Positions 31,795 to 46,080 of a DNA stretch of 64,000 bases are shown here, piece after piece. Source of the stretch: an uncultured delta proteobacterium (GTDB lineage Bacteria > Myxococcota_A > Polyangia > Polyangiales > JAFGIB01); the NCBI GenBank assembly GCA_963778655.1, contig CAVZVA010000003.1, forward strand, positions 832,001 to 896,000, read 5' to 3'. The position numbers were made by a program, and so were the translations under genes. The notes under the pieces are model-generated. The model saw nothing but the letters and a program-made list of their open reading frames with translations. It was not told the origin of the DNA and ran no database searches. Each line of letters begins with the position of its first letter. Position 1 is the stretch's first letter.

Positions 31795-32007
31795 TCAGGC
31801 GAGCCTGAGCTTGATCTTGCCTCGGGTGGGATCGAGCGGCGAAATCTCTACCAAGACCCGATCCCCTGGAATGACTCTGACTGTTGTTTGCCTCGCAACG
31901 CCTCCGATCGAGGCCGTGATCTTCTCTCCGCTGTTCAAGCTGACGCGATACAATCCCTGGGGTAGCGCTTCTTCCACGACGCCTTCGGCTTCGCGCCCCG
32001 CCGTCAT
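31795..32007 (-). CDS. infA: Translation initiation factor IF-1 (divergent)
   Basis: Canonical position and size; EGVVEEALP, PGDRVLVEISP.D..RG.I. Confidence 0.85.
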   Translation of the reverse strand: MTAGREAEGVVEEALPQGLYRVSLNSGEKITASIGGVARQTTVRVIPGDRVLVEISPLDPTRGKIKLRLA

Positions 32008-32030
32008 CTTCGCCGCTCTGCCCGCCGCCT

Positions 32031-32675
32031 CTACCCTATGCCGATGGCTTGCTCCAGCCGCTCGGTCACCTCATCCAACGTCCCGACCCCGTCCACGGAT
32101 CGGACCAAGCCCTTCTTCCCGTAATACGTGAGCAGAGGCGCCGTCTTGGCCAAATACTCCTCGTAGCGCTTGCGCACGACCTCCTCGGTATCGTCCTTGC
32201 GCTGCACCAGCTTGCCGCCGCAGCTGCAACGATCCGGCGAGGGCGGGGGATTGTAGCGCAAGTGGTAAATCTGTCCACAGCCTTCACAACTGCGGCGCAA
32301 TGCGATGCGCTCGATCATCTCGTCCAGGCCGACCTCGATGCTGGCCACCCGATCGACCTGGCGGCCCAGCCCGGCTAGCAGCGCGTCGAGCGCCTCGGCC
32401 TGGGCCACAGTTCTTGGATAACCATCCAGAATCATTCCGTTTTTTGCGTCCGGTTGGAGCAGGCGTTGCTTGAAAAGCTCGAGCACCAACGGATCCGGCA
32501 CCAGCAGGCCCTTGGCCATGTAGGCGTCGAACTGCCGGCCCAGCTCCGAGCCGCTGGCGCGCTCGGCCCGCATCATGTCCCCGGTAGACACCTGGGGGAT
32601 ACCCAGCCGCTCCGTCAGGCGCTTGGCCTGCGTGCCCTTGCCCGCGCCCGGGGGTCCGAACAGCACCAGGTCCAT
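32031..32675 (-). CDS. adk: Adenylate kinase
   Basis: GPPGAGKGTQA, LDGYPRT, Cys-containing LID. Confidence 0.97.
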   Translation of the reverse strand: MDLVLFGPPGAGKGTQAKRLTERLGIPQVSTGDMMRAERASGSELGRQFDAYMAKGLLVPDPLVLELFKQRLLQPDAKNGMILDGYPRTVAQAEALDALLAGLGRQVDRVASIEVGLDEMIERIALRRSCEGCGQIYHLRYNPPPSPDRCSCGGKLVQRKDDTEEVVRKRYEEYLAKTAPLLTYYGKKGLVRSVDGVGTLDEVTERLEQAIGIG

Positions 32676-33995
32676 TCAGGTGCGCCTCCCCCGGATACGC
32701 GGACCCTTGGGCCCGGTCAGCCCCTCGTAGTGGCGCGTGATCAAGTGTGACTCGATCTGCTGGACGAAATCGAGCGCCACGCCGACCACGATCATGATCG
32801 AGGTGCCGCCGAAGTAGAACGGGACCTTGAACTGCGTGCGCAAGAAGTCGGGCACCGTGCACACGGCGGCCATGTAAAGGGCGCCGGCCACGGTGATGCG
32901 CGTCATCACAGTGTCGATGAAGTCCGCGGTCGCCTTACCGGGACGGATACCGGGGATGAAGGCGTTCTGCTTCTTGAGGTTGTCGGCGACCTGGACCGGC
33001 TGGAACTGAATCGCGGTGTAGAAAAAGGAGAAGAAGATGATCAGGGTGATGTAACACAGGGTCCAGCGCCAATCCCCGGGCACCAGGATCTGGTTGAGGT
33101 AGTGCGCCCCCGGTACCTTGAGGTTGGCGAGGGTGTTGGGGAACATCAGCAGCGAGGACGCGAAGATCGGCGGGATCACGCCGGCCGCATTGACCTTGAG
33201 CGGCAGGTGTGAGCTCTGGCCGCCATACATCTTCCGGCCGACCATGCGCTTGGCGTACTGAATCGGAATCTTGCGCTGAGCGCTCTCGAAGAACACGATC
33301 ACCGCGACGACCGCCAGCACGATCGCAGTGACCGCCATCAGCCCGATCGGCTGGATCTGCCCGATCTTGACCTGCGAGCCGGTGCGGAACATCGCATCAG
33401 GCAGGCCCGAGACGATACCGGCAAAGATGATCAGAGAGATGCCGTTGCCGAGCCCGCGCTCGGTGATCTGCTCGCCGAGCCACATGATGAAGGACGTGCC
33501 GGTGGTCAGCGAGATCATGGTGATCAGGCGGAAGGCCCAGCCGGGCTCGTTGACCACGTCGCCGAACTGGCCGCCCTCGCTGCCGTTGAGCCCCTCGAGG
33601 AAAAGCGCGATTCCTGCGCTCTGCACCGCGCTCAGCCCGACCGTGCCGTAGCGCGTGTACTGGTTGATCTTGCGCTGCCCGGACTCGCCTTCCTTGCGCA
33701 GCTCATCCAGGTGCGGCACCACAGCGCTCATCAGGGTCAGGATGATGCTGGCCGAAACGTAGGGCATGATCCCGAGCGCAAAGATCGAGAGTTGTTCGAG
33801 CGCCCTGCCGCTGAACAGGTTGAACATGCCGAGGAAGGTGCCGGACTGCTGCGCCATGATCTGGTGCATGACGTTGCGGTCGACGCCCGGCGTGGTGATG
33901 AAGATTCCGATGCGGTAAACCGCGAGCATGCCCAACGTGTACAGGAGCCGGTTGCGCAGCTCCGTGATCTTGAACATGTTCGCGATGGCGTTCAT
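32676..33995 (-). CDS. secY: Preprotein translocase SecY
   Basis: [42 protein letters not shown]. Confidence 0.98.
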   Translation of the reverse strand: MNAIANMFKITELRNRLLYTLGMLAVYRIGIFITTPGVDRNVMHQIMAQQSGTFLGMFNLFSGRALEQLSIFALGIMPYVSASIILTLMSAVVPHLDELRKEGESGQRKINQYTRYGTVGLSAVQSAGIALFLEGLNGSEGGQFGDVVNEPGWAFRLITMISLTTGTSFIMWLGEQITERGLGNGISLIIFAGIVSGLPDAMFRTGSQVKIGQIQPIGLMAVTAIVLAVVAVIVFFESAQRKIPIQYAKRMVGRKMYGGQSSHLPLKVNAAGVIPPIFASSLLMFPNTLANLKVPGAHYLNQILVPGDWRWTLCYITLIIFFSFFYTAIQFQPVQVADNLKKQNAFIPGIRPGKATADFIDTVMTRITVAGALYMAAVCTVPDFLRTQFKVPFYFGGTSIMIVVGVALDFVQQIESHLITRHYEGLTGPKGPRIRGRRT

Positions 33996-34006
33996 GGCTG
34001 CAACGC

Positions 34007-34498
34007 TCAGCTCTGGGCTGTCGGCTCCGTGCCGGCGATCAGCTCGGCCTTTCCGCCGGCCTGCTCGATTATCGCCTTGGCGCTGGCGCTGAAAGCGTGG
34101 GCGCGCACGGTCAGCGCCTTGTCGAGGGTGCCGTCGCCCAGCACTTTCACGCTGCCGCTGCGCTTGCGGATCAAGCCGGCGGCGATCATCCGCTCGGGGT
34201 CCACGGTCGTACCCGGCTCGAAACGCGCGAGGTTGCCGACGTTGACGGCCGCCACGTCCTTGGAAAACGGGTTGTGGAAGCCGAGCTTGGGCAACCGCCG
34301 CATCAGCGGGGTCTGGCCACCCTCGAAGCCGCGCCGCACCTGACCGCCAGCGCGCGCGGTCTGACCCTTCTGGCCCTTACCGCCGGTGGTGCCGAGCCCC
34401 GAGCCAGGGCCGCGGCCGAGGCGCCTGCGATCCTTGACCGCGCCTTTGGGCGGGCTCAGCCGCGAGAGAATGGGTTGCTTGCGTTCGGGCTCAGCCAT
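34007..34498 (-). CDS. rplO: 50S ribosomal protein L15
   Basis: [23 protein letters not shown]. Confidence 0.97.
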   Translation of the reverse strand: MAEPERKQPILSRLSPPKGAVKDRRRLGRGPGSGLGTTGGKGQKGQTARAGGQVRRGFEGGQTPLMRRLPKLGFHNPFSKDVAAVNVGNLARFEPGTTVDPERMIAAGLIRKRSGSVKVLGDGTLDKALTVRAHAFSASAKAIIEQAGGKAELIAGTEPTAQS

Positions 34499-34679
34499 CG
34501 TGCTCCTCCACCGCGACGAGGTGCATCACCTTCTTGATCATGCCGCGAAAGGCCGGCGTGTTGTCGACAACGACGTGACGGTTTGGCCCGCGCAAGCCGA
34601 GCCCGCGCAGGATTTCGCGCTGGCGCTTGGGACGGCTGACGCCGCTGCGGAGCTGAGTGACTTTGAGCTTGGGCTTCAT
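34491..34679 (-). CDS. rpmD: 50S ribosomal protein L30
   Basis: MKPKLKVTQLRS...LGL...RGMIKKVMHLV; position in the spc operon. Confidence 0.95.
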   Translation of the reverse strand: MKPKLKVTQLRSGVSRPKRQREILRGLGLRGPNRHVVVDNTPAFRGMIKKVMHLVAVEEHDG

Positions 34680-34689
34680 GGCCTCTCCC

Positions 34690-35232
<543 letters not shown>

Positions 35233-35259
35233 CGCCGGCCCCTCGCTCGAAAGTTTCGC

Positions 35260-35613
35260 TCAGAAATTCAGGCCGCCCTTACGCGCGCCGTCGGCCAGCG
35301 CCTTGATGCGGCCGTGATAGATGTAGCCGTTGCGATCGAAAACGACCTGGCTGATTCCCTTCTGGGTACAAGCCGCGGCCACGGCCTCGCCGACCTGCTC
35401 CGCAAGGCCACGCTTGCCGCTGCTCTCCGCGCGCTCGAGCGCGAGCGAGGAGGCCGCCGCAAGCGTCGCACCGCTGGCGTCGTCGATCACCTGCGCGTAG
35501 ATCTGCTTGTTGCTGCGAAACACGGTCAACCGCGGGCGCCCCGCCGTGCCGTGCGCCTTCTTGCGGATGCGTCGCTTGCGCCGCATGCGTCCATCGAGCT
35601 TGGTCTTGGCCAT
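35260..35613 (-). CDS. rplR: 50S ribosomal protein L18
   Basis: [22 protein letters not shown]. Confidence 0.97.
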   Translation of the reverse strand: MAKTKLDGRMRRKRRIRKKAHGTAGRPRLTVFRSNKQIYAQVIDDASGATLAAASSLALERAESSGKRGLAEQVGEAVAAACTQKGISQVVFDRNGYIYHGRIKALADGARKGGLNF

Positions 35614-35627
35614 CGCGCAACCCTCGT

Positions 35628-36233
35628 CTACTTCGTCTTACCGCCGCCGGCCTTGCCGGCCTTCTCGCGCACGCGCTCGCCGGTGTAGCGCACGCCCTTG
35701 CCCTTGTAGGGCTCGGGCGGACGGAAGGAACGGATTCGCGCCGCCGTCTGTCCGAGCATCATCTTGTCGTGGGAGGTGAGGTGGAGCCGCGGCTTCTTGA
35801 TGCCCGCCTCGTCGATGATCTCGACACGCGCCTGCACCGTATCCGGCAGCTTGAACTGGACCGGGTGTGAAAGGCCGAGCGCCAGGTTGAGCTGCTGGCC
35901 CTTGACCTCGGCGCGGTAGCCGACGCCGATCAGGTCGAGCGAGATGGCGAAGCCGTTCGCCGCGCCCTCCACCATGCCGCCCAGCAGCGCGCGCGCTAGA
36001 CCCTGGAACTGCTTGCCGCGGCGGCCGCTGCCGGCAAGCGGCAGCACCACCACGTCCTTGTCCTTGACCTGCACGCTGACTTCAGCCGGAAGCTCGCGCT
36101 CGATCGTGCCCTTGGGGCCCTTGACGGACACCTTGCGTCCGTTGACCTTGAGCTCCACGCCCGATGGCAGGACCAGCGGCCGCTTACCGATACGCGACTG
36201 CATGCTCTCGGGTTGTGCTTGCGGAGCGCTCAT
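35628..36233 (-). CDS. rplF: 50S ribosomal protein L6
   Basis: [23 protein letters not shown]. Confidence 0.97.
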   Translation of the reverse strand: MSAPQAQPESMQSRIGKRPLVLPSGVELKVNGRKVSVKGPKGTIERELPAEVSVQVKDKDVVVLPLAGSGRRGKQFQGLARALLGGMVEGAANGFAISLDLIGVGYRAEVKGQQLNLALGLSHPVQFKLPDTVQARVEIIDEAGIKKPRLHLTSHDKMMLGQTAARIRSFRPPEPYKGKGVRYTGERVREKAGKAGGGKTK

Positions 36234-36625
36234 CACCACACCTCACACAGCAACTCGCCACCGATGCGCTCCTTGGCGGCTTCCTTGTTGGTCAGCACCC
36301 CGCGCGAGGTCGAGATGATCGAGATGCCCATCCCGTTCATGACCTTGGGCAGCTCGGTGTGCTTGACGTAGAGGCGGCGGCCGGGACGGCTGCAACGCTT
36401 GAGCCCGATGATGGCGCTCGAGCGGTCGCGGCTGTACTTGAGCAGCACGGTGAGCACGGCCGGCAGGCCGTCCTGAACCGAGAAGTCGTCGATGAAGCCC
36501 TCGTCCTTGAGGATCTGCGCGATGCGCACCTTGACCTTGGACAGCGGCATCTCGACGCGGCTGTGGCGAGCCAGAATCGCGTTGTGGATGCGGCTGAGCA
36601 TGTCGGCGATCGGATCGGTGGTCAT
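36233..36625 (-). CDS. rpsH: 30S ribosomal protein S8
   Basis: [28 protein letters not shown]. Confidence 0.97.
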   Translation of the reverse strand: MTTDPIADMLSRIHNAILARHSRVEMPLSKVKVRIAQILKDEGFIDDFSVQDGLPAVLTVLLKYSRDRSSAIIGLKRCSRPGRRLYVKHTELPKVMNGMGISIISTSRGVLTNKEAAKERIGGELLCEVW

Positions 36626-36639
36626 GGCTGCAATTCCCT

Positions 36640-36825
36640 CTACCAGCTCGATTTGGTGACGCCCGGGACCTCGCCACGCAGCGCCAGGTTCCGAAGGCAG
36701 ATGCGGCACAGCTCGAACTTGCGGTAGTACGACCGCGAGCGGCCGCACTGGCGGCAACGGTTGCGGTAGCGAACCTGGAACTTCGGGGTCTTTTCCATCT
36801 TGGCGAAACAGCGCGCGCTAGCCAT
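36640..36825 (-). CDS. rpsN: 30S ribosomal protein S14 (Zn type)
   Basis: [22 protein letters not shown]. Confidence 0.97.
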   Translation of the reverse strand: MASARCFAKMEKTPKFQVRYRNRCRQCGRSRSYYRKFELCRICLRNLALRGEVPGVTKSSW

Positions 36826-36834
36826 CGCTCTCTC

Positions 36835-37386
36835 CTACTTTCGGAACGGCATGCCCAGCGCGGACAGCAGGGCGCGGCCGTGCTCGTCGGTCTGGGCCGT
36901 GGTGCCCAGAGTCACGCTAAGGCCTTTGATCTTGTCGATCTTGTCGTAGTTGATCTCGGGGAAGACGATCTGCTCGCGCATCCCGAGCGTGTAGTTGCCG
37001 CGACCGTCGAACGCCTTGGGGCTGATGCCGCGGAAGTCGCGCACGCGAGGCAGCGCGAGGTTGATCAGGCGGTCCAGGAACTCCCACATGCGTTCGCGCC
37101 GCAACGTCGTCACCACGCCGATCGGCACGCCTTCGCGCAGCTTGAACGTCGCGATGGACTTCTTGGAGCGGGTCACGACCGGCTTCTGGCCGGCGATGGC
37201 GGACATCTCCTCGACCGCAGACTCGATGATCTTCGGCGTCTGCGTAGCCTCGCCCAGACCCATATTGAGCGTGATCTTGACGATGCGAGGCACCTCGAGC
37301 TGGTTCGTGAAGCCGAAGTCCTTCATCAGCCGCGGCACGATCTCTTGCCGGTACTTCTGCTGCAGGCGCGGAACATATTCACCCAT
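36835..37386 (-). CDS. rplE: 50S ribosomal protein L5
   Basis: [25 protein letters not shown]. Confidence 0.98.
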   Translation of the reverse strand: MGEYVPRLQQKYRQEIVPRLMKDFGFTNQLEVPRIVKITLNMGLGEATQTPKIIESAVEEMSAIAGQKPVVTRSKKSIATFKLREGVPIGVVTTLRRERMWEFLDRLINLALPRVRDFRGISPKAFDGRGNYTLGMREQIVFPEINYDKIDKIKGLSVTLGTTAQTDEHGRALLSALGMPFRK

Positions 37387-37398
37387 GGCGGCTCCTCG

Positions 37399-37716
37399 TC
37401 AGCTCTCCAGAACGTGGCCGGTCTTGGCCGACACGCGGATCTTCTTGCCGTCCTTGTCTCGGCCGGAGCGCACGCGGGTGGGCTTGTCGGCCTTGCCGTC
37501 GAGCAACATCACGTTGGACACGTGAATCGGCATCTCCTTCTCGACGATCCCGCCTTGCGGCAGCTTCTGCGTGGGCTTCTGGTGCCGCTTGACGCGGTTG
37601 ACGCCCTCGACGATGACGCGCGCACGCTCGGGTAGCACCTTGAGCACGCGCCCCTTCGCGCCCCGGTCCTTGCCCGAGATCACGACCACCTGATCGTTCT
37701 TCTGGACCCGCTGCAT
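37399..37716 (-). CDS. rplX: 50S ribosomal protein L24
   Basis: [20 protein letters not shown]. Confidence 0.97.
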   Translation of the reverse strand: MQRVQKNDQVVVISGKDRGAKGRVLKVLPERARVIVEGVNRVKRHQKPTQKLPQGGIVEKEMPIHVSNVMLLDGKADKPTRVRSGRDKDGKKIRVSAKTGHVLES

Positions 37717-38084
37717 CAGACTACCTCCGGCGCGAGCGAGATGATCTTCATGAAGCGCTTGGCACGCAGCTCGCGCGCGACCGGTCCGAAGATGCGCGTG
37801 CCGATCGGCTCGTTCTGATCGTTGATCAGCACGGCGCTGTTGGTGTCGAACTTGATGTAGCTGCCGTCCGCGCGGCCCTGCTCGCGGCGCGTGCGGACGA
37901 TCACGGCCTTGGCGACCTCGCCCTTCTTCACGCGTGCGTTGGGCAGCGCCTCTTTGACCGAGACCACGATCACGTCGCCGAGAGCGGCGTAGCGACGGCG
38001 GGTCCCGCCCAGCACGCGAATGCAGAGCACGCGCTTTGCGCCGCTGTTGTCGGCCACGTCGAGCACGGTTTCCTGCTGGATCAC
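37716..38084 (-). CDS. rplN: 50S ribosomal protein L14
   Basis: [20 protein letters not shown]. Confidence 0.98.
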   Translation of the reverse strand: MIQQETVLDVADNSGAKRVLCIRVLGGTRRRYAALGDVIVVSVKEALPNARVKKGEVAKAVIVRTRREQGRADGSYIKFDTNSAVLINDQNEPIGTRIFGPVARELRAKRFMKIISLAPEVV

Positions 38085-38086
38085 GA

Positions 38087-38395
38087 CTACACCTCCTCGG
38101 GACGATTGATCAGGCGCGTCACGATCCAGCGCTTGGTGCGGGACAGCGGGCGGTGCTCGCTGATCTCGACCAGGTCGTTCTGGCGATACTCTTCCTTTTC
38201 GTCGTGCGCATGGTACTTGCGGCGGCTCTTGACGTACTTGCCGTACACCGGGTCGCGGAAACGGCGCTCCACCACCACCACCACGGTCTTCTTGGCGCGG
38301 CCGGGGTTGCTGGTGTCGGTGACGACGCGGCCCGACAGCTGCCGGCGCTTGCCGCGCGGCTTTTCTTGGCTTGGATTCTGGGTGCTTTCGGTCAT
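38087..38395 (-). CDS. rpsQ: 30S ribosomal protein S17
   Basis: [26 protein letters not shown]. Confidence 0.96.
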   Translation of the reverse strand: MTESTQNPSQEKPRGKRRQLSGRVVTDTSNPGRAKKTVVVVVERRFRDPVYGKYVKSRRKYHAHDEKEEYRQNDLVEISEHRPLSRTKRWIVTRLINRPEEV

Positions 38396-38414
38396 GGCGG
38401 CGCGGTCCTCGGGG

Positions 38415-38612
38415 CTACGGTTGCTGCGCGGTCTTCTCGGTCAGCAGGGTCTTGACGCGAGCGAGCTCGCGCCGGAGGCGGCGGATCTTCGCGGTGTCGT
38501 CCAGTTGATTGGTGAAGTTCGCAAAACGCGTCTTCCACAGGTCGCGCGAGAGCTCGCGTTCCATCTCCTGCAGCTCCTCTTGCGTGCGCTCTCTGAGCTC
38601 TTTGGGCTTCAT
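38415..38612 (-). CDS. rpmC: 50S ribosomal protein L29
   Basis: MKPKELRE...[15 protein letters not shown] overlap with rplP. Confidence 0.95.
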   Translation of the reverse strand: MKPKELRERTQEELQEMERELSRDLWKTRFANFTNQLDDTAKIRRLRRELARVKTLLTEKTAQQP

Positions 38613-39025
38613 AGCTGCTGGCTCCGGTCCATGATACGGGTCCTCACCGGCAGCTTCGCGGCGGCCAGGTGAAACGCCTCGAACGCCATCTCCTTGGGCA
38701 CACCCGAGAGCTCGTACAGCATGCGCCCCGGCCGCACCACGGCCACCCACAGCTCGACGCCGCCCTTGCCCTTGCCCATGCGGGTCTCGAGCGGCTTCTT
38801 GGTCAGCGGCTTGTCGGGAAACACCCGGATGTAGAGCTTGCCTGCGCGCTTGGTCGCCCGCTGGATCGCCATGCGTGCCGCTTCGATCTGGCGAGCGCTG
38901 AGCCAGGCGCCCTCCAGCGTCTGCAGCCCGTAGTCGCCGAACGACACGTCCGAGCCGCGCTGGGCGAGGCCCTTGCGGCGGCCCTTCTGCTGCTTTCGGT
39001 ACTTCGTTCGCTTTGGCATCAACAT
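38609..39025 (-). CDS. rplP: 50S ribosomal protein L16
   Basis: [18 protein letters not shown]. Confidence 0.98.
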   Translation of the reverse strand: MLMPKRTKYRKQQKGRRKGLAQRGSDVSFGDYGLQTLEGAWLSARQIEAARMAIQRATKRAGKLYIRVFPDKPLTKKPLETRMGKGKGGVELWVAVVRPGRMLYELSGVPKEMAFEAFHLAAAKLPVRTRIMDRSQQL

Positions 39026-39037
39026 GGCAGCTCTCCC

Positions 39038-39715
<678 letters not shown>

Positions 39716-39716
39716 G

Positions 39717-40064
39717 TCAGTCCTCCCGCTCTGCGACCACGAGCGTGATGTGGCTCATGCCCTTTTGAATGGGCGTGGCGCGACCCATCGCGCGCGGCCG
39801 CCAGCGAATCATCATGTGATCCGGGGCCTCGTCCGCGAAGGCGGTCTTCACGTAGAGCTTGTCCAGATCCACCTTTTCGTCCTTCTGCTGCACGTTCGAG
39901 ATGGCGCTGCCGAGCAGCTTGCTGACCAGCGGCGCGGCTGCCTTGCGGGTGAAGCGCAGCTGATCAAGCGCCTCGGCCACGTGCTGGCCACGCACCATGT
40001 CGAGCACGACGCGAGCCTTCCGCGTCGAGATTCGGGCAAACCGTAGGCTGGCTCTGGCTTCCAT
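39717..40064 (-). CDS. rplV: 50S ribosomal protein L22
   Basis: [19 protein letters not shown]. Confidence 0.96.
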   Translation of the reverse strand: MEARASLRFARISTRKARVVLDMVRGQHVAEALDQLRFTRKAAAPLVSKLLGSAISNVQQKDEKVDLDKLYVKTAFADEAPDHMMIRWRPRAMGRATPIQKGMSHITLVVAERED

Positions 40065-40073
40065 CGTGCCTCC

Positions 40074-40388
40074 TCAGCGTTTGCCCGTGCGCGGGTTGAC
40101 CTTGCCCGGCGCCGAGCCTCCGCCTTTGCGGTCCGCCGCGTGCCCGGCGAAGGTGCGGGTGGGCGCGAACTCTCCGAGCTTGTGCCCGACCATGTTCTCG
40201 TTGACGAACACCGTGATGAACTTGCGGCCGTTGTGCACGGCGAAGCTCAGGCCGACGAAGTCGGGCGAGATGGTGGAGCGCCGTGACCAGGTCTTGATCA
40301 ACTTGCGATCGCCGGAGTTCTGCGCCGTCGCCACCTTGCTGAGCAGGTGGTCGTCGATGAACGGTCCCTTCTTGACTGAGCGTGCCAT
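40074..40388 (-). CDS. rpsS: 30S ribosomal protein S19
   Basis: [22 protein letters not shown]. Confidence 0.98.
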   Translation of the reverse strand: MARSVKKGPFIDDHLLSKVATAQNSGDRKLIKTWSRRSTISPDFVGLSFAVHNGRKFITVFVNENMVGHKLGEFAPTRTFAGHAADRKGGGSAPGKVNPRTGKR

Positions 40389-40408
40389 GCTTTCTCCGGC
40401 GAAAACGC

Positions 40409-41236
40409 CTACTTCTTGCTGCGGTGCTTGAGGATGAGCTTATCCGTGCGCTTGTTCGTGCGTGTCTTGAGGCCCTTGCTGAGCTGGCCCCACGGAGAGC
40501 AGGGGTGGCGGCCACCCGAAGTACGGCCTTCGCCGCCGCCCATCGGGTGGTCGACCGGGTTCATGGTGACGCCCCGGTTGTGGGGCCGGCGGCCGAGCCA
40601 GCGCGTACGCCCGGCCTTGCCCAGCGACACGCGCGCGTGCAGCACGTTGCTGACCTGGCCCACGGTCGCGCGGCAGCGCAGGTGGATCAGCCGCACCTCG
40701 GAAGACGGCAAGCGCACGTGCGCGTAGTCCCCTTCCTTGGCCATCAGCTGCGCGGCGGTGCCGGCCGAGCGCACCAGCTGCCCGCCCTTGCCGATCTTCA
40801 TCTCGATGTTGTGCACCATGGTCCCGGCGGGGATGTGGCGCAGCTGCAACGAGTTGCCGGGCTTGATGTCGGCCGTGCGCGAGGCGACCACCTCGTGGCC
40901 GATCTCGAGCCCGTCCGGCGCCAGGATGTAGCTCTTCTCGCCGTCCTTGTAGTGGAGCAGAGCCAGGCGGGCGCTGCGGTTGGGGTCGTACTCGATCGCC
41001 ACGACCTTGGCCGGTACGCCGATCTTGCCGCGTTTGAAGTCGATCAGCCGGTAGCGGCGCTTGTGCCCGCCGCCGCGAAAGCGCGAGGTGATGCGGCCCT
41101 TGTGGTTGCGGCCGCCGCTGCTGCTCTTGCTTTCGAGCAGCCTGCGCTCCGGCTCCTTCTTGGTCAGCCCCTCCGATGAAAGCACCTCGAAGTAGCGGCG
41201 CGCCGGCGAGGTCGGCTTGTAGCGTTTGATCGTCAT
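40409..41236 (-). CDS. rplB: 50S ribosomal protein L2
   Basis: [21 protein letters not shown]. Confidence 0.98.
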   Translation of the reverse strand: MTIKRYKPTSPARRYFEVLSSEGLTKKEPERRLLESKSSSGGRNHKGRITSRFRGGGHKRRYRLIDFKRGKIGVPAKVVAIEYDPNRSARLALLHYKDGEKSYILAPDGLEIGHEVVASRTADIKPGNSLQLRHIPAGTMVHNIEMKIGKGGQLVRSAGTAAQLMAKEGDYAHVRLPSSEVRLIHLRCRATVGQVSNVLHARVSLGKAGRTRWLGRRPHNRGVTMNPVDHPMGGGEGRTSGGRHPCSPWGQLSKGLKTRTNKRTDKLILKHRSKK

Positions 41237-41529
41237 GCGGAGGCTCCCTCGAAGAAGTCGATCGATTCGCCTTCCTTGAGCGAGACGATGGCCTTCTTCC
41301 AGTTACGGGTCTTAGACGTGCCTCGGCCCATGCGCCGCATGCGACCACGGACCACCAGAGTGCGCACCTTCTCGACCTTGACGTGGAACAGCGATTCTAT
41401 CGCGTCGCGAATCTGGGCCTTGTTCGCGCTGCGCTCCACCTCGAAAAGATACTGATTCTCCTGCTCCCGCAGCAGATTGCCCTTCTCGGTCAGAACCAGC
41501 GGCCGCTTGATGATGTGCTCGGGAGTCAT
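41233..41529 (-). CDS. rplW: 50S ribosomal protein L23
   Basis: [21 protein letters not shown]. Confidence 0.96.
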   Translation of the reverse strand: MTPEHIIKRPLVLTEKGNLLREQENQYLFEVERSANKAQIRDAIESLFHVKVEKVRTLVVRGRMRRMGRGTSKTRNWKKAIVSLKEGESIDFFEGASA

Positions 41530-41532
41530 GGC

Positions 41533-42162
41533 TCAGGCTTTCTCCAGGCGCGTCGTCAGAGCAGCGACCGCGCTCTTGGTCAGGACCAAGTGCGGGTGGC
41601 GCAACACGTCGTACAGGTTCACGCCCTCGGGCGGGAGGTAGCTGTTGTTGGGAATGTTGCGGATCGAGAGCCGCAGCTTGTCGTTGCCCTGCGCGTCGAC
41701 GATCAGCGAGCCGCGCTCGACTTGCAACGCCTTCAGCACGGACTGCAGCTGCTTGGTCTTGATTTCCTGCAGCTCGAAGGCGTCCACCACCGTGAGGTTG
41801 CCCTCTTTGAGCTTGAGCGAAAGCGCGCTGCGCAGGGCGCCGCTGCGCATCTTGCGCGGCGGGCGGTAGGCGTAGCTGCGCGGCTGTGGCCCGTGCGCCT
41901 TGCCGCCGCCGACGTAGAGCATCGCGCGGATCCCGCCGTGCCGCGCGTTGCCGGTGCCCTTCTGCCGGTAAAGCTTGCGCGTCGAGCCGGCGACCTCGGC
42001 ACGGCCCTTGGTCTTGGCGCTGCCGGCGCGCTTGCTCGCGAGCTGTGCCTTGAGCACGTCGTAGAGCAGGGCCTCGTTGACCTCGGTCCCGAAGACGTCG
42101 TCCGCGAGATCGATCTCGCCGACGCTCTCTCGCTTCAGGTTGTAGACGCTAACTTTCGCCAT
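41533..42162 (-). CDS. rplD: 50S ribosomal protein L4
   Basis: [22 protein letters not shown]. Confidence 0.97.
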   Translation of the reverse strand: MAKVSVYNLKRESVGEIDLADDVFGTEVNEALLYDVLKAQLASKRAGSAKTKGRAEVAGSTRKLYRQKGTGNARHGGIRAMLYVGGGKAHGPQPRSYAYRPPRKMRSGALRSALSLKLKEGNLTVVDAFELQEIKTKQLQSVLKALQVERGSLIVDAQGNDKLRLSIRNIPNNSYLPPEGVNLYDVLRHPHLVLTKSAVAALTTRLEKA

Positions 42163-42170
42163 TCTAATTA

Positions 42171-42250
42171 CCGGGGAGGCACGCGCCTCCCCGCCCCATC
42201 GGGCAAAGCCCGCTGGGGCCCCACCCCACGCGGGCTCGGCTTCGCCGAGC
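42171..42250 (-). repeat. Structured element family B, copy upstream of rplD (at the rplC position)
   Basis: Shares CGCGTGGGGTGGGGCCCC and both hairpins with the other copies. Confidence 0.8.
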
Positions 42251-42270
42251 TGTCGCCATTTGCTTCGTCG

Positions 42271-42570
42271 TCATGACTTGATTTCCACGTCGACGCCGGC
42301 CGAGAGGTCGAGCCTCATCAGCGCGTCGAGCGTTTCCTGCTTGGGCTCGAGGATGTCGAGCAGGCGCTTGTGCGTGCGGATCTCGAACTGCTCGCGGGAC
42401 TTCTTGTCGACGTGAGGACCGCGCAGCACGGTGTACTTGCTGATGCGCGTGGGCAGCGGAATCGGACCCGCCACGCGCGCACCCGTCCGCTTCGCCGTGT
42501 CGACGATCTCGCTCGTCGACTGGTCCAGCAGCCGGTGGTCGTAGGCCTTGAGGCGAATGCGAATCTTCAT
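42271..42570 (-). CDS. rpsJ: 30S ribosomal protein S10
   Basis: [31 protein letters not shown]. Confidence 0.98.
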   Translation of the reverse strand: MKIRIRLKAYDHRLLDQSTSEIVDTAKRTGARVAGPIPLPTRISKYTVLRGPHVDKKSREQFEIRTHKRLLDILEPKQETLDALMRLDLSAGVDVEIKS

Positions 42571-42593
42571 TGGGGTGCCTGCTCTCGGAAATC

Positions 42594-42671
42594 ACAGGAA
42601 GGCGGGAAGACGGGAGGCCCAGAAATCCCGATTTCGTCTTTCAATCCCTTCCCGTCTTCCCGCCTTCCTGT
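42594..42671. repeat. Palindromic repeat family A, copy 6 (perfect 22-bp arms) between tuf and rpsJ
   Basis: ACAGGAAGGCGGGAAGACGGGA ... TCCCGTCTTCCCGCCTTCCTGT. Confidence 0.9.
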
Positions 42672-42687
42672 TTCTCTCGTCTTCGTC

Positions 42688-43878
<1,191 letters not shown>

Positions 43879-43968
43879 CGCTGTCTCCTGTCGACTCTGT
43901 ACGAAGCTGGGTTTCTGGTGTGTGGGAGCTAAGTCGCTGAAGCGAGGGCCGCGTGACCCCCTCGATCG

Positions 43969-46080
43969 TCAAGCGCCTTTGACCTTTGCCACGATGGTTT
44001 CGGCGATGTTGTTGGGCACCGGCTCGTAGCGGTGGAACTGCATGGTGTAGGTCGCGCGCCCCTGCGTCTTGCTGCGCAGGTCGGTCGAGTATCCGAACAT
44101 GGTCGCGAGCGGAACCTCCGAGGTCACCACCTGCATGTTGCCGCGCGGGTTCATGCCGGTGATGCGGCCGCGCCGGCTGTTGAGGTCGCCGATCACGTCG
44201 CCCATGTAGTCCTCGGGCACGACCACTTCGACCGCCATCACCGGCTCGAGCAGGTGAATCCCGGCCTTCTTGGCCGCGTCCTGGAACGCCATCGAGGCCG
44301 CCACCTCGAACGCCGGACCCGACGAGTCGACGTCGTGGTAGGAGCCGTCGAAGAGCGAAGCCTTGACGTCGATCACCGGGTAGCCCGCGAGCACGCCGCG
44401 CGCCATCGCCTCGCGGATGCCCTTCTCGACCGAGGGGATGAACTCCTTGGGAATCACGCCGCCCACAATGTCGTTCTCGAACACGTAGCCGGCCCCGGGC
44501 TCGCTCGGCCCGATCTCGACCCAAACGTGGCCGTACATGCCGTGGCCGCCGCTCTGTTTGATGTAGCGTCCTTCCTGCTTGACCGTGCTGCGAATGCTCT
44601 CGCGGTAGGCGACCTCGGGCTTGCCGACGTTGCAGTCGACCTTGTACTCGCGCTTCATGCGGTCGACGATGATCTCGAGGTGCAGCTCACCCATCCCGCT
44701 GATGATGGTCTGCCCGGTCTCGTCGTCGGTATGAGCGCGGAAGGAAGGGTCCTCGGTGGAGAGCTTCTGCAGCGCCTCGCCGAGCTTCTGCTGCTCGGCC
44801 TTGGTCTTGGGCTCGATCGCGACCGAGATCACCGGGTCAGGGAACTCCATCCGCTCCAGCACGATCGGATGCTTTTCGTCGCACAGGGTGTCGCCGGTGT
44901 GCGCGGTCTTGAGCCCGACGGCCGCGCAGATATTGCCCGCGAAGACCTCTTTGATCTCCTCGCGCTTGTTGGCGTGCATCAGCAGCAGGCGGCCGACGCG
45001 CTCGCGCTTGTCTTTGGTGGAGTTGAGCACCGAGGTGCCGCTCGAGACCTGTCCCGAGTACACGCGCATGAACGTGAGCTGGCCGACGAAGGGATCGTTG
45101 ATGATCTTGAACGCCAGGGCGCTGAAGGGCGCGTCGTCCTTGGCGGGACGCTCCTCTTCCTGGTTGCTCGCCGGCGAGACGCCCTTGACAGCCGGGATGT
45201 CGAGCGGCGAGGGCAGGTAGTTGATGACCGCGTCGAGCAGCTGCTGCACGCCCTTGTTCTTGAACGCGGCGCCGCAGCACACCGGGACCAGCTTGAAGGT
45301 CAGTGTGGCCTTGCGCAGCGTGCGCACGATGTCATCGGGGCTGAAGTCGGTGTCGCCGTTGAGATAGCGCTCCATCAACGCGTCGTCGTTCTCGGCCACC
45401 GCCTCGACCAGCTTGTCGTGGGCCGCCTGAGCCTCGTCCTTGAGCTCGGCCGGGATCTCGATCTCGACGAACTTCGAGCCGAGCGCATCGGCTTCGAACA
45501 CGATCGCCTTCATCTTGATCAGGTCGACGATGCCCTTGTGGTTGTCCTCGAGGCCGTAAGGAATCTGCAGCGGCACCGGGTTGACCCCGAGGCGCTCGCG
45601 GATTGTATCGACCGAGCGCACGAAGTTGGCGCCGGCGCGGTCCATCTTGTTGACGAAACAGATGCGCGGCACGTGGTAGCGGTCGGCCTGACGCCACACC
45701 GTCTCGGACTGCGGCTCCACGCCGGCCACGCCGTCGAAAACCGCCACCGCGCCGTCGAGCACGCGCAGTGAGCGCTCGACCTCGATCGTGAAGTCGACGT
45801 GGCCCGGGGTGTCGATGATGTTGATGCGGAAGCGGTGCTTGGAGAACGGCCCCTCCAGCGGCTGCCACGAGCAGGTGGTCGCGGCCGAGGTGATGGTGAT
45901 GCCGCGCTCCTGCTCCTGCTCCATGTAGTCCATGGTGGCGGCACCGTCGTGCACCTCGCCGATTTTGTAGTTGACGCCGGTGTAATAAAGAATGCGCTCG
46001 GTCGTAGTGGTCTTACCGGCATCGATGTGCGCCATGATGCCGATGTTGCGCGTTCTTTCGAGTGGATACTCCCGAGGCAC
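43969..46080 (-). CDS. fusA: Elongation factor G
   Basis: [29 protein letters not shown] start at 46080. Confidence 0.98.
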   Translation of the reverse strand: MPREYPLERTRNIGIMAHIDAGKTTTTERILYYTGVNYKIGEVHDGAATMDYMEQEQERGITITSAATTCSWQPLEGPFSKHRFRINIIDTPGHVDFTIEVERSLRVLDGAVAVFDGVAGVEPQSETVWRQADRYHVPRICFVNKMDRAGANFVRSVDTIRERLGVNPVPLQIPYGLEDNHKGIVDLIKMKAIVFEADALGSKFVEIEIPAELKDEAQAAHDKLVEAVAENDDALMERYLNGDTDFSPDDIVRTLRKATLTFKLVPVCCGAAFKNKGVQQLLDAVINYLPSPLDIPAVKGVSPASNQEEERPAKDDAPFSALAFKIINDPFVGQLTFMRVYSGQVSSGTSVLNSTKDKRERVGRLLLMHANKREEIKEVFAGNICAAVGLKTAHTGDTLCDEKHPIVLERMEFPDPVISVAIEPKTKAEQQKLGEALQKLSTEDPSFRAHTDDETGQTIISGMGELHLEIIVDRMKREYKVDCNVGKPEVAYRESIRSTVKQEGRYIKQSGGHGMYGHVWVEIGPSEPGAGYVFENDIVGGVIPKEFIPSVEKGIREAMARGVLAGYPVIDVKASLFDGSYHDVDSSGPAFEVAASMAFQDAAKKAGIHLLEPVMAVEVVVPEDYMGDVIGDLNSRRGRITGMNPRGNMQVVTSEVPLATMFGYSTDLRSKTQGRATYTMQFHRYEPVPNNIAETIVAKVKGA

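Noticed and set aside
42164..42274. Short ORF as an L3 remnant
   Set aside because: No L3 motif (such as G.K.GMT); most of it is element B sequence.
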